This document shows, piece by piece, positions 8,504 to 19,000 of a DNA stretch of 64,000 nucleotides (position 1 is the first letter of the stretch; every line of letters starts with the position of its first letter). The stretch covers positions 7,808,001 to 7,872,000 of the forward strand of contig OY759599.1 of the NCBI GenBank assembly GCA_963662465.1. The letters are read 5' to 3'. The notes below the pieces were generated by a model. That model was not told the origin of the DNA. It worked only from the letters and a program-made list of their open reading frames with translations, and made no database searches. The position numbers were made by a program, and so were the translations under genes. This DNA comes from Desulfatiglandales bacterium. GTDB taxonomy: Bacteria > Desulfobacterota > DSM-4660 > Desulfatiglandales > Desulfatiglandaceae.

Positions 8504-10456
8504 ATGAACGACTTTCCCCTGCCGCGCATTCTCGATTTTATTCAGAAGGTCTCCCCCTTTGATACGCTCGATGACGAAGAACGCTCCCGGGTCGTGGCCC
8601 GGATGGAAATCGCCTATTATCCCCGCGGTGAAGTCCTTATCAGACGCGGCGACAACCCCCCTGAATACCTCTATATCATTCAGGTCGGTTCTGCCCGGAT
8701 TACCATATCGGACGGTTCCGATGAAGAGGTTCTGGTGGATGTACGGGGGGAGGGGGATGTCTTTGGGTCGTTAAACATTCTGGAATCCAAAGCCGCCCTT
8801 TTGGACGTGACCGCTGACGAAGACATGATTGTTTATCTTTTGCCGGCGGAAGTCCTGAAAAATCTGGTGGAAAGCCATCCGGCATTTAAGCAGTATTTCC
8901 GGTTTTCTTTATTTTCTCTGGCGCGCGACATCAAAAATGTTTACCAGTCCGACGATTCCCGGTTTTCCCAAATGACCGGCATCAAAACCCTCAACCTGGA
9001 CATGTTTCTGGTGGGAAAGCATGTGGCGGATCTCATGGCAACCGATGTTTTAACTTGTACGGCAGCCCGATCCGTACAATTCGCCGCACGGCAAATGACC
9101 CGACGCGGCGCGGGTTCCATTGTCATAAACGATGATTCGGGCGTTCCCCTGGGTATTCTCACGGACAGCGATCTTCGAAAAAAAGTGGTGGCGGAGGGAT
9201 CGCCTTTGGACGTTTCCGTAGCGGAAATCATGAGCCATCCTTTGTATACCATTAATGCCGGCGCTTTTGCCTTTGACGCGTTGCTGGACATGAGCCGATA
9301 CGGCGTAAGGCATCTTCTGGTGATGGAAAATGACCGATTGACCGGCATCATCAGCGATCACGATTTCCAGATGGAAACCGGCAGTTCGCCTGTGGGCGTC
9401 ATTGGCGACATCGACAAGTCCCAATCCGTGGACGAACTGGTGGGCATGCATTCAAAAGTTGACCGCGTTCTGGAGATGCTGTTGCGCCAGGGAGGGTCCG
9501 TCAAAAGAATGGTGGAACTGGTAACGGAGTTGAATGATCGCGTGACCCGGAAATTGCTTTTTCTCATTGAAGGGGAAATGAAAGATGAAGGCCTGGGAGC
9601 GCCCCCTTCACCCTACACCTGGATGGCCCTTGGGAGTGAAGGACGACGGGAGCAGACTCTCTTGACGGATCAGGACAATGCACTTTTTTTTGCCGCGGTC
9701 CCCGAACAAAACGAAGAAGAAGTGAAAGCGTGGTTTTTGAAGTTCTCCAAACGGGTGGTGGACGGTTTGGTGCGATATGGGTTTCCCCCTTGTCCGGGGG
9801 GCATTATGGCTTCCAACCCCCGATGGTGTCAGAGCGAAAGTCGGTGGCTGAAAACCTTTCTGGACTGGATCAATGAACCTGAGCCTTTCACCCTCAGAAT
9901 GGCCACGATTTTTTTTGATTTCCGACCCATTTATGAAGGCGCCGATTTCCTGAACACCTTCAGGCCACAGCTGAGCAAGGCCATTCAGGGCAATCCCCAT
10001 TTCCTGCGCTCTTTGGCCAAAAATGGTTTATATAACGCCCCATTGGGGTTTTTACGACAGTTTGTGGTGGAAAAATCGGGTGAACACAAAAATAAGCTCA
10101 ATTTGAAAGTCAGGGGTCTTGTCCCCATTGTGGATGCTGCGCGGGTCATGGCCCTGGACCTGGGTGTGGAGACCACCAACACCCTGGAAAGGCTGGCCGA
10201 GGTCCACCGAATGGGCATACTGGACACGCAACTTCACAACGATCTGCGGGAAGCGTACAATTTTATTAATCTGCTGAGAATCAGCCGACATCTGGAAGCC
10301 CGGGCCAGGGGCCATGAACCGGACAATTTCGTGGATCCCGTGGAGCTGAACAGCTTGCAGCGAAAAATGCTCAAGGAAAGCTTTGCCGTCATTAACCGGC
10401 TGCTTCACGATCTGGTGGAATGGCGATACCAGGCCAGGGGAATGGAGGATCAATAG
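8504..10456 (+). CDS. cNMP-binding/CBS-pair/DUF294 putative nucleotidyltransferase
   Basis: N-terminal cNMP fold, CBS pair (GILTDSDLR), GSEGRREQTLLTDQDNA, CPGGIMASNPRW, IFFDFRP. Confidence 0.9.
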   Translation: MNDFPLPRILDFIQKVSPFDTLDDEERSRVVARMEIAYYPRGEVLIRRGDNPPEYLYIIQVGSARITISDGSDEEVLVDVRGEGDVFGSLNILESKAALLDVTADEDMIVYLLPAEVLKNLVESHPAFKQYFRFSLFSLARDIKNVYQSDDSRFSQMTGIKTLNLDMFLVGKHVADLMATDVLTCTAARSVQFAARQMTRRGAGSIVINDDSGVPLGILTDSDLRKKVVAEGSPLDVSVAEIMSHPLYTINAGAFAFDALLDMSRYGVRHLLVMENDRLTGIISDHDFQMETGSSPVGVIGDIDKSQSVDELVGMHSKVDRVLEMLLRQGGSVKRMVELVTELNDRVTRKLLFLIEGEMKDEGLGAPPSPYTWMALGSEGRREQTLLTDQDNALFFAAVPEQNEEEVKAWFLKFSKRVVDGLVRYGFPPCPGGIMASNPRWCQSESRWLKTFLDWINEPEPFTLRMATIFFDFRPIYEGADFLNTFRPQLSKAIQGNPHFLRSLAKNGLYNAPLGFLRQFVVEKSGEHKNKLNLKVRGLVPIVDAARVMALDLGVETTNTLERLAEVHRMGILDTQLHNDLREAYNFINLLRISRHLEARARGHEPDNFVDPVELNSLQRKMLKESFAVINRLLHDLVEWRYQARGMEDQ

Positions 10457-10458
10457 GC

Positions 10459-11187
10459 TTGAACCTTCTTTTCCCCCGGATCAAAAATCGGTTCATCAGA
10501 GCCGGTCTCAAGGGCAAGAAACTGCACCCCCTGGCCCGCGCCAACCTGGCCGCCCTCGATCACATCGATCTTTCCCGGAAAGCGCGCTCTCAGCGTTATG
10601 TTGTGGCGGATCTTGAAACCACGGGACTGGATTTGAAGCGGGACCGTGTGGTGAGCGTAGCGGCCCTCCGCGTGGTGGAGGGACGCATTCCATTAAACGA
10701 TATCTTTAACCGGCTCATCAATCCGGGGCAATACATTCCCCCCATCGCCATTAAAATTCACGGCATTGTGCCCGATATGGTGTCGGAAGCCGACTCCGCC
10801 GCAAAGGTCCTGGATGATTTCATGGCTTTTCTGGGGACCGATATTCTGGTGGGGCACCATTCCCGTTTTGATCTCTTTTTTCTGAATAAAGGCGCTCGCA
10901 GGCGTTACGGCATAAAGCTGCAAAATCTGGTGCTGGATACGGTCCCCCTTTGTCGAACCATCGCATTTCCGCCCCATAATTACCCCTACGGCATTGATTT
11001 GGATGATGAGCCTTCAAGTCTGGACAACGTGGCCGAACATTTCGGCATCGACATCCATGAACGGCACACGGCTTTAGGGGACGCGCTCGCCACCGCCATG
11101 ATTCTTCAGCACATATTGGTCCGTGCGGAAAAAACCGGATTGGGCCGGTTGCGAGACCTGGTGAAAGTCGGGGGCATTATGTTGTAA
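10459..11187 (+). CDS. DEDDh 3'-5' exonuclease (DNA pol III epsilon-like)
   Basis: DLETTG, VGHHSRFD, RHTALGDA; GGAGG RBS before TTG 10459. Confidence 0.88.
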   Translation: MNLLFPRIKNRFIRAGLKGKKLHPLARANLAALDHIDLSRKARSQRYVVADLETTGLDLKRDRVVSVAALRVVEGRIPLNDIFNRLINPGQYIPPIAIKIHGIVPDMVSEADSAAKVLDDFMAFLGTDILVGHHSRFDLFFLNKGARRRYGIKLQNLVLDTVPLCRTIAFPPHNYPYGIDLDDEPSSLDNVAEHFGIDIHERHTALGDALATAMILQHILVRAEKTGLGRLRDLVKVGGIML

Positions 11188-11213
11188 GCCCTTGTTTTCC
11201 TATACGACCTATA

Positions 11214-11259
11214 CTCAAAAACGCTTGACTCTCAAGTGAGTTCATGTAAAAGGGAAATT
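11214..11259 (+). repeat. ~46-bp dispersed repeat, copy 1 (promoter/operator-like)
   Basis: ctcaaaaacgcttgactctcaagtgagttcatgtaaaagggaaatt; near-identical copy at 48949. Confidence 0.85.
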
Positions 11260-11368
11260 CTGCGGTCTGAATTGAGCGGGAACAGGATGGAAATCAATCG
11301 GATCTTGACATGTGGACTTATGCGTGCACTATATTGCGCATATTAATGCCCATTGAAGGAGTCATCCT

Positions 11369-11617
11369 ATGCGTGCAGATGTTGTACGAATGAATATTAC
11401 GCTCCCAAAGGAGGTCGCGGAATCATTGAACCGAATGGCCGGCGCCGGAAAACGAAGTCGTTTTATCACGGAAGCCATTGTGGATCGGATCGAACGGAAG
11501 AAGAAAGAGGCTCTTGAATTGGCTCTGGAAGAAGGTTACCGGGCAAACAGAAAACAGGCCCTTGCAATTTCGAAAGAGTTTGAAACCGTTGATCTGGAGG
11601 GGTGGGATGAATATTAG
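11369..11617 (+). CDS. CopG/RHH-family antitoxin
   Basis: RMNITLP..RSRFITEAI RHH pattern; LEEGY and acidic tail; overlaps a MazF-like stub. Confidence 0.8.
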   Translation: MRADVVRMNITLPKEVAESLNRMAGAGKRSRFITEAIVDRIERKKKEALELALEEGYRANRKQALAISKEFETVDLEGWDEY

Positions 11618-11648
11618 GCGGGGGCGATGCTATCTTGCCGCTTTATAA
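11607..11648 (+). pseudogene. PemK/MazF toxin N-terminal stub (MNIRRGRCYLAAL*)
   Basis: GGAGG RBS, overlap with antitoxin 3' end, resembles the MazF start M.I.RG..Y.A.L. Confidence 0.6.
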
Positions 11649-11738
11649 AGATTGCCGTTTTTTGGAAAAAGCGAAAGGCGTTGTTCTTTCCCATGCGTCG
11701 GCGTGGGAACGCATCCTGCACCCGGGAGAAATGACCGA

Positions 11739-12853
11739 ATGAAAATCGACGCCCACTACTATGCGGTTCTGGCCTTTTGCCGCGCCATCGGTTTTAATAG
11801 AGAGAGCGCCTGCACCATTGCCTGTGCCTCACAGTTCGTGGATGATGCCAGGATCAATCATGTGGTGATCGAGGGGGATATTCCCGAAGGCGTCTTGTAC
11901 GACGCCATCGAGGGTAAACCGTCCTTTTTCAATATGGCCACCTGCCATTCCTACACCCGCATCAAGACCTTCAATTACAGCGCCATGATCAACAACACCT
12001 CGGCCTTTCATTTTGTGCCGGGGTGCAGCGGAAACCATTTTGTGAAGCAGTTGCGGTGTATGGAAGAGGGGCCGGTGATCTCTGGGATTCTGAAGGAAGC
12101 CCTTTTGACGGACGATCTCGTCAAGCTGGGCATCGTGCTTCATGCCTGGGCGGATACCTTCTCCCACCAGGGGTTTTCGGGTCTTTTGAGCAAGGTGAAC
12201 GATATCGAACAGGTGCGGATACTGAACGACTCGGGAATCGTGATGGACAAATTCAAATTCATTTTCAAATGGTTGAAGGATGCCGTTTCCGAACAATTCG
12301 ATCTGTTGATCCCCGCCTACGGCCACGGCTAGGCCATGGTCTATCCGGATCTTCCCTATCTGATCTGGCGCTATGAATATGATTACACCGATGAATTTTC
12401 CAGGGGGCTCAAGTCTTCCGGAATCGTTGACAACCGGGAAAGGTTTAAGCGGGCGTTTCAAGGGATGTCCAGGCACCTGACCCGCTATCTGCGGGAGCAT
12501 GGACAATACCGGGGAAAAAAACCCGTCTCGATTGCCTGCAAGCCCTCTTTGATGCCCTTCTGATCCGAAAAATGGACGGCGGCAGAATCCGGAACTGGCG
12601 GAATGTTCTGGTGGATCAGGGTCTTTTCCACCCCGACGATCACGAGGCCCTTGAATATGACCCCATGGGATGGCTGAAGCAGGCGTTTGCCGATTTTGAC
12701 CCAAAGAAGTATGATCAGCGAACGGTCAACGGCGCAAAACTGCGTCCCGACTTTGGGCAATCCAACTGGTATCGGTATTACCGGGCCGTGAAATGGTACA
12801 AGAAACGATTTTTTCATCACTGCGAAAAGCAGGGGCTCATGATCTGCGGTTGA
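11739..12853 (+). pseudogene. DUF6765-like protein with in-frame TAG (12330-12332) and a later frameshift
   Basis: MKIDAHYY, SQFVDD, FHFVPG, LHAWADTFSHQGF, GHG*AMVYPDLPY; split into three consecutive ORFs. Confidence 0.7.
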
Positions 12854-12921
12854 GGGGCGGGCAGGACGTCTGGTGTGCGCCGTGGGGCTGTTATGTTAAA
12901 TGACGAGTGGGGGGGAGCGCT

Positions 12922-13572
12922 GTGTCCTCGGCTGTAAATTTCAGGCAAAAGACCCTTTATCCGGACACGAAAAATGGGTGTTTCACGGTCCGCTCCTTCT
13001 GTACGCCCCGTCAGATTGAAAAACTCTCTTTCATAAAACCGCCACCCGTTCACGGTTCACCCCCTCCTCTGGTTGTGGACAAGGAAAAGCTGATCAAAAC
13101 CGCGTCCCGAAAAGATGTCAACGTCACCCTGGCCTTTAGGGAGGACGGTGTGATTGCGGGTCTGGGAATACTGGAATATCCCGGCCCTCAGGATCGCTGG
13201 AACCTTGTGGGAGACCGGGCCATGATGGAAGTCTCGATTATCGAGGTGAGGCGACCCTGGCGCGGGAACGGCCTGGCCCAAAACATTCTGCACCTCACCG
13301 TGGATCATCCCATGGCGGAAAACCGGATATTTTATATGGTGGGATACTCCTGGACATGGGACCTGAACGGGAACAACGACACGGCCATGGAATACCGCAA
13401 TGCATTGATTCAGCTCTTTTCCGGGGAAGGTTTCAACCTTTTCCAAACCAATGAGCCCAATGTGATGTTGCGATCGGAGAATCTCTTCATGGCCCGTATC
13501 GGAAGTGCCGTTTCATCGGAAATGGTGTATCGATTCAAATTGACAAGGTTCAACCTTTTGAAGTCTGCATAG
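12922..13572 (+). CDS. AcuA-like GNAT N-acetyltransferase
   Basis: IEVRRPWRGNGLA acetyl-CoA motif; YSWTWDL, TNEPNV, NLFMARIG resemble the AcuA family. Confidence 0.75.
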   Translation: MSSAVNFRQKTLYPDTKNGCFTVRSFCTPRQIEKLSFIKPPPVHGSPPPLVVDKEKLIKTASRKDVNVTLAFREDGVIAGLGILEYPGPQDRWNLVGDRAMMEVSIIEVRRPWRGNGLAQNILHLTVDHPMAENRIFYMVGYSWTWDLNGNNDTAMEYRNALIQLFSGEGFNLFQTNEPNVMLRSENLFMARIGSAVSSEMVYRFKLTRFNLLKSA

Positions 13573-13744
13573 GGGATGCTCCGCCGGCCTTTTTTACCAT
13601 GAAAATACATTCACGTTCACTCGGTTCTACCTGTGAGAGAGGCTTGTAGCCTCGACCATCGCGGCGGGACGCCGCTATACCCTGTTACAGCTTCCTGAAA
13701 AAAGATCTGAATGCCGGCCCCTTATGTCCTCATTGCGCATTTAA

Positions 13745-14484
13745 ACCCTAACACTTCTGGGAGAAAATTTGGGAGTCAGCAACTCCCAAATCCATTCCGA
13801 GCTGTACATCAGCGGAAAAAAGCTTATTTCCAATCTTTACGATTTTCTGTCCGTCCTCCATGCCGATAAAAAAATCAACCACGATGTGCGGGTGACCGAG
13901 CAGTTCTTGGATGTGGATGGGAAAACGGTTTTGGCTTTTCATATTGCCGAAAACCCACGAACCCGTAAACCCGTGTACCTGGATGGCGACATCAGACGGA
14001 CCTTTCTGCGCAAAGGCAGTGGAGATTACAAGGCCCAGGTGCAGGATATAGAGCGGATGCTGCGGGATGCCACCTCCGAACGATGGGACAGTCAGCCATT
14101 TGAACGGGTGGATATCGAAGAGGCTTTCAACCCCAGCAGTCTGGGCTGGTATCGTGACCGCTTCCATGCGGTCAACGATAACTTTGACCCCCGCCGGCCG
14201 GACCTGGATTTCCTCTATGACTGGGGGTATGTCATTAAGAAGGATGGCAAAAGGCGACTGCCCACCCGGGCGAAAAGGAAGTCCGCAATCCGGCCATCGC
14301 CATGGCCATGCGCCGTATCGCCATGTGCGAACAGGCCGGCAGCGGTATGCGCATGATGCGCGAGGAATGGCAAAAACTCGGCCATCCCGTTCCCATCTAC
14401 AACAATGACCGGGCATGGAAGGCCTTCGAGTTCTTTATCTGGGAACTGGTGCATCATTCGAACGTCCCTGCACCCTTGTGTTGA
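13745..14484 (+). pseudogene. Fragments of an AlbA_2/ATP-binding (RecG-like) regulator
   Basis: LGVS..RKPVYLDG..RKGSGDY in one frame, MRRIAMCEQAGSGM in another; middle deleted. Confidence 0.6.
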
Positions 14485-14555
14485 GATGGGAATCTGACGT
14501 GTTCTGTGGTATATGAGTCTCGAACTGTCATTTTTGATGTTGAAAGGGGGGCAAA

Positions 14556-15824
14556 ATGATTATTTCAAGTGGTAAGGATGAAAGATTATCTGAAATTGTA
14601 GGATACAGCGCTTTGTGGCGACTGTATAACACTTTTGAATTCTATAAGGATGCTTGCTATATCGCAGAAACCCCAGAGTCGCTGCGGACGTTCAAGAAAG
14701 AGCCGAATTATCTCCCGGAAGAAAAATATGAGACTGTTGAAGTTTCTGTTTCGGATGTGCTTGAAGACTTTTCTTTTTCCAATGGGTGGTATGCTTTTGA
14801 ACCCGGGGCCTTGGAAAAATTCAGGCAGTTGGTTGATAGTATTGGAATTGAGTGCAGGATAACAGCGGATAATTTTGAAAGCGGCCCTGGAGAGAACATA
14901 TCCCGGGTTCATATCCAGGGTCCGGATTATGATCATGATCCTGCTGATATGCTTCGGAGCATTTTGGAAGACCTCACGGTTGCTGATGGGGTGTACAAAA
15001 GGGAGTCTGTTGACGCGGCCATAGAGTATCAGGATGAGATTACCCCTCTGCTACTTGATGTTCTGGAAGAAGTCCTTGCCTCTCCTGATGAGTACGACTT
15101 TAACTCTGATTCCATGCTTCCGACTTATGCTTTGATGCTGCTCGGCCACTTCAAAGAAACAAAGAGCCATACACGGATTATTGGAATTCTTTGTCTCCCC
15201 GATGTTGCTGTCTTTGAGCTTCTGGGTGACATTATTGATGATGACATTCCTGCCGTTTTACTGAGAACTTCCGGCGGTTCATTTGATGAGATTAAATCGC
15301 TGGCACTGAAAAATTCGGCGTGGGTTTATTCAAGGATTGCAGCTTTGAAGGCCATGGTGCTTGGCGTTCTCGAAGGTGTTCTTGAACGTGATGAAGCTTT
15401 GAGATTTCTCAGTTCGCTCGTTCTGGAAAAGAGGGATGATTTTTCAAAAGTATTTTTGACAAATTTTGCGCGGTGTGTTTATGACCTGTATCCGGAAGAA
15501 CTAATGGATACCATAGAAAAGTGCTATGCTGAAGATTTGATTGACAACTTTGTCATAAGCTTACAGGAATTTCAATTCGCTCTTGAACAGGACAAAGAAG
15601 CATTCTTGGAAGAACGGAGAAATGTAAAAGAGCGGCAGTCACTTGACGACATTCATAACGCAATGTCCTGGTGGGCCTGTTTCAATGACCGTGAGGAGGA
15701 TACTCCCCGTATCAGTAGTTCACGGAACATACGCCCTCAAAAGGAAAAAAAATCAAAAACTCAGAAAAAAATGAAGAGCAAGAAAAAATTGAAAAAAGCC
15801 TCCAGAAAGAAAAATCGGCGGTGA
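14556..15824 (+). CDS. DUF1186-family protein with N-terminal extension and Lys-rich tail
   Basis: YALMLLGHFKE, LLGDIIDDDIPAVL, MSWWACF. Confidence 0.65.
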   Translation: MIISSGKDERLSEIVGYSALWRLYNTFEFYKDACYIAETPESLRTFKKEPNYLPEEKYETVEVSVSDVLEDFSFSNGWYAFEPGALEKFRQLVDSIGIECRITADNFESGPGENISRVHIQGPDYDHDPADMLRSILEDLTVADGVYKRESVDAAIEYQDEITPLLLDVLEEVLASPDEYDFNSDSMLPTYALMLLGHFKETKSHTRIIGILCLPDVAVFELLGDIIDDDIPAVLLRTSGGSFDEIKSLALKNSAWVYSRIAALKAMVLGVLEGVLERDEALRFLSSLVLEKRDDFSKVFLTNFARCVYDLYPEELMDTIEKCYAEDLIDNFVISLQEFQFALEQDKEAFLEERRNVKERQSLDDIHNAMSWWACFNDREEDTPRISSSRNIRPQKEKKSKTQKKMKSKKKLKKASRKKNRR

Positions 15825-16062
15825 AATGTTAAAACTTTGTGGAACACGACAATCCTCAGCCCCGGGCTGACGTTGCATTCTACAAAGCAGGCTTTTTAAG
15901 AGCGGCTTAAACAGCAATCCAAAAGAAGGCGTTTTATATGGATTTATATTGACTTATTCAGTAGCCGGGTGTAGGCAATATGATAAACAATTCATGGGCC
16001 GTATTTCTTCTCCAATGCAATGAAGAAAAGAGGATTCAGAATGGTTTTTTTGTCTCACTGAG

Positions 16063-16107
16063 AACCCCGTTACTCCCGTACCGTTGGAGAGCGGGGTTTT
16101 GTATTTT
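16063..16107 (+). terminator. Intrinsic terminator-like hairpin
   Basis: aaccccg..ctcc..ggag..cggggtt followed by ttgtatttt. Confidence 0.5.
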
Positions 16108-16475
16108 GTGCCCAAGGAAAAATGTAACTCGTTAATTTTGTGAGCGTAAAGCGAAGGTGAAGGGATACGGCCGGATGGCCCGGTAAGCATTATCAATGTA
16201 AAATGGAACGGCGATGACGTTAGTGTGGACAAGTTTACTCAATTGATTATGCATTTTCAGCTTTTCGCATTCAGTGCATTTAAATACGCTCTATTCCGTT
16301 GACAAGCACTTATCTTCCTGACACGAATAGACACATGGAATCGGGTCAAAAAGAGTACGGAAAAATTGAACCAACAAATTGATATCAAAATTAAAAGTCA
16401 CATTTATGGCCACGGAAAAGGTTGGGTTGTTTCCCCTGCCCATTTTCCTGGCCTGGAGATGACCGGGGTCCGGTG

Positions 16476-17432
16476 ATGACGATTTTACCTGAGGATCTTC
16501 AGCGCTTGATGAACGCTATGGAAGGTGAAAACCTCGAGTTCAAAGAAGCAAAACAAAGTTATCCCTTCGATAAACTCTTCAAATACTGTGCTGCCCTCGC
16601 CAACGAAGGCGGCGGCAAGGTGATCCTTGGCGTAACGGATCGAAGACCCCGGCGGATTGTTGGAACCCGGGCCTTCACGCAACCTGAACGGACCCGCGCA
16701 GGCTTGATTGAAAAACTCCGAATCAGAGTGGATGTAACCGCGCTCCGCCCCTCTGAGGGAAGGGTTCTCGTCTTCACGGTACCTTCAAGACCCGTGGGCG
16801 TTCCCATACAGGCGGATGGCATCTACTGGGCCAGACAGGGAGACAGCCTGGTTCCCATGACCGAAGAGCAGCTTAGGGACATCTTCGATGAAATCGGTCA
16901 TGACTTTTCGGCGGATGTTTGCCCTGCGGCAACTTTGGAAGACCTGGACCCGGTTGCCATTGAAGACTTTCGGAAACGGTGGATCGAAAAATCCGGAAAG
17001 AGTGCATTAGCCCGGCTGGATCAAAAACAACTCCTTCAGGATGCGGAAGCCGTTGCCGGTGAAAATATTACATACGCGGCCCTTATTCTATTCGGAACGT
17101 ACAAAGCCTTAGGACGGCATCTGGCCCAGTCCGAGGTGGTTTTTGAATACCGATCTTCGGAAGCGCCGGGCCCGGCCCAGCAGCGAAAGGAATACCGCCG
17201 GGGATTTTTCTCCTTCTATGATGAAGTCTGGAACATCATCAACCTTCGTAACGATCTCCAACACTATCAGGACGGATTGTTCATGCGGGATATTCCCACC
17301 TTTGAAGAGCGATCCGTCAGGGAAGCCATCCTCAATGCGGTGAGCCATCGAGATTACCGTCACGGCGGAAACGTATTTGTGCGTCAGTACCCCCGATACA
17401 TCAAAATCGAAAGCCCGAACGGAGGATCTTAA
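16476..17432 (+). pseudogene. AlbA_2 (Schlafen) plus ATP-binding regulator, 3'-truncated
   Basis: EGENLEFKEA, ALANEGGGKVILGVTD, REAILNAVSHRDY; stops at IESP where the HATPase domain normally continues. Confidence 0.75.
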
Positions 17433-17433
17433 C

Positions 17434-17562
17434 ATTGTGCGTTTTGATTGTGCGCGAACAAAGACACCGCACAATCCAAAACCATTGACACCTATAAAAA
17501 TTAAAAAAATCAGCTAATTAAATTTGATCGCTATTGAAATAAAAGTACAATCGACGCACAAT
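17434..17562. mobile_element. Possible 129-bp MITE
   Basis: Terminal inverted repeats attgtgcgt/acgcacaat, internal gattgtgcg/cgcacaatc, TAAC on both flanks. Confidence 0.4.
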
Positions 17563-17676
17563 TAACAAAGCAATAAGGACCGTGAAGCATGACCTGTAAA
17601 AAGAAACGCATCGAAGTCGCCCTTCCGCCGGCATTCGATAAGAGAAAAGATCCCATTCATAAAACAGGGAGTTCAA

Positions 17677-18228
17677 ATGAGAAAATCGGATATCGATAAA
17701 ATTTTATATATTCAACTCATTATTGCCCGTATGGGTGAAAAAGAGTTGATGAACTGGTGGAACACAGATATCGCCTATGAAATGGGAGGAGCTGATTTTT
17801 TGAAAAGACTCCTGGGAGATACCCTCGCACCTCTTTCAGCGGGAGAAGGCATTTTAAAGGCGGCCCAATTAAAAGAGACCCAACTCATCAGCGAGATGCC
17901 GGACAACCAAAAAGTTTATACGTTGTTCAGGCCGGAACCTGAAGTGGATATCGCCATTGAAGAGCGCCTCAGGCATTTCAAACGTTATCCTGAAGACCTG
18001 CCGGAAGAAATTTCACAGATCCTGGCGCCTGAAAAGGATTGGGCGACACAAGAGCTTGCTGATTTGATCTCAACAGAGAAGTATCCCGAATTCACTGGGA
18101 CAAGTTTTGGTAGAGAGATCGAAAAGACAATTGGACTCGGGATGTCTGATGTCATGATAAGCCTTGCCTCAATCATAAAAACGAATGAAAAAGGCAACTA
18201 TGGTTTGTCCTACTACAGAGGGGCATAA
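17677..18228 (+). CDS. brxE: BREX BrxE protein
   Basis: QLIIARMGE..WWNTD..GGADFLKRL motif; first gene of the brx cluster. Confidence 0.75.
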   Translation: MRKSDIDKILYIQLIIARMGEKELMNWWNTDIAYEMGGADFLKRLLGDTLAPLSAGEGILKAAQLKETQLISEMPDNQKVYTLFRPEPEVDIAIEERLRHFKRYPEDLPEEISQILAPEKDWATQELADLISTEKYPEFTGTSFGREIEKTIGLGMSDVMISLASIIKTNEKGNYGLSYYRGA

Positions 18229-18229
18229 C

Positions 18230-19000
18230 GTGCCTCTTCCTGATTGTTATAAAATCGGGCATTCATCGGCCCTGAACAAAATAAGCGGACGATTGCCCGA
18301 AGGACGTGAATTTATAGCGTCCTTTGATATTTTCCTACCCGTTCCGGATAATTCCCGGAAAGCCTATATGAACCGATGGTATGGGAATGCCAGTGAACGA
18401 AAATGCAATGAACTGACCCGGCATTTCAATCAGAGATACATCCTCACACCTGAAAACTTCGAATCTCTTCGACAATATATACTAGGGACTTCCGGTGTGG
18501 ACTTTCCCTGGATCAATCATTTTTACATGCTATTGGATGACCCATACTATCGCTGGGCTGTTGCGGATTTCATACCTGACCGCTATCAAAAGGGGCTCAT
18601 GGAGATCCCCAGGTCCCGTTTTGATCAGGAGTTGAAAAAGCAGCTGCCGGATACAGTGGGCGCCGGGAGCCTTGCCAGATATGGCCAGAACCTGTTAACA
18701 GCCATTCGTGATAACGGCCTGCTCGAAGGAAAGGGAAAAAAGACCATTGTAAGTCCTGGTCTTTCTGTGAAGACAATGGCATTTATGCTTTACACCCTTT
18801 CTGATCTAGGGGTTGGAACTAATGAGTTTGATATGTCTCCATTGTTTTTATCTACCCTCAAAACACGGGATTTTTTGGTTCCCATTTTTTATGAAGGAGA
18901 ACAACTGGGTTACTGGGAATTTACAGGGGACCGTGAAAGGATAAAACTGAACCTGAATCAGCCGGGTCTCAACCATTGGCTGGAGGCGTGCATATTATGA
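18230..19000 (+). CDS. brxA: BREX BrxA-like protein (DUF1819-like)
   Basis: Position between brxE and brxB; NLLTAIRDNGLLEG; GTG start just after brxE stop. Confidence 0.6.
   Translation: MPLPDCYKIGHSSALNKISGRLPEGREFIASFDIFLPVPDNSRKAYMNRWYGNASERKCNELTRHFNQRYILTPENFESLRQYILGTSGVDFPWINHFYMLLDDPYYRWAVADFIPDRYQKGLMEIPRSRFDQELKKQLPDTVGAGSLARYGQNLLTAIRDNGLLEGKGKKTIVSPGLSVKTMAFMLYTLSDLGVGTNEFDMSPLFLSTLKTRDFLVPIFYEGEQLGYWEFTGDRERIKLNLNQPGLNHWLEACIL

Noticed and set aside
12330..12332. TAG readthrough (pyrrolysine or recoding)
   Set aside because: The same gene also has a frameshift, and other genes here end normally in TAG; decay is simpler
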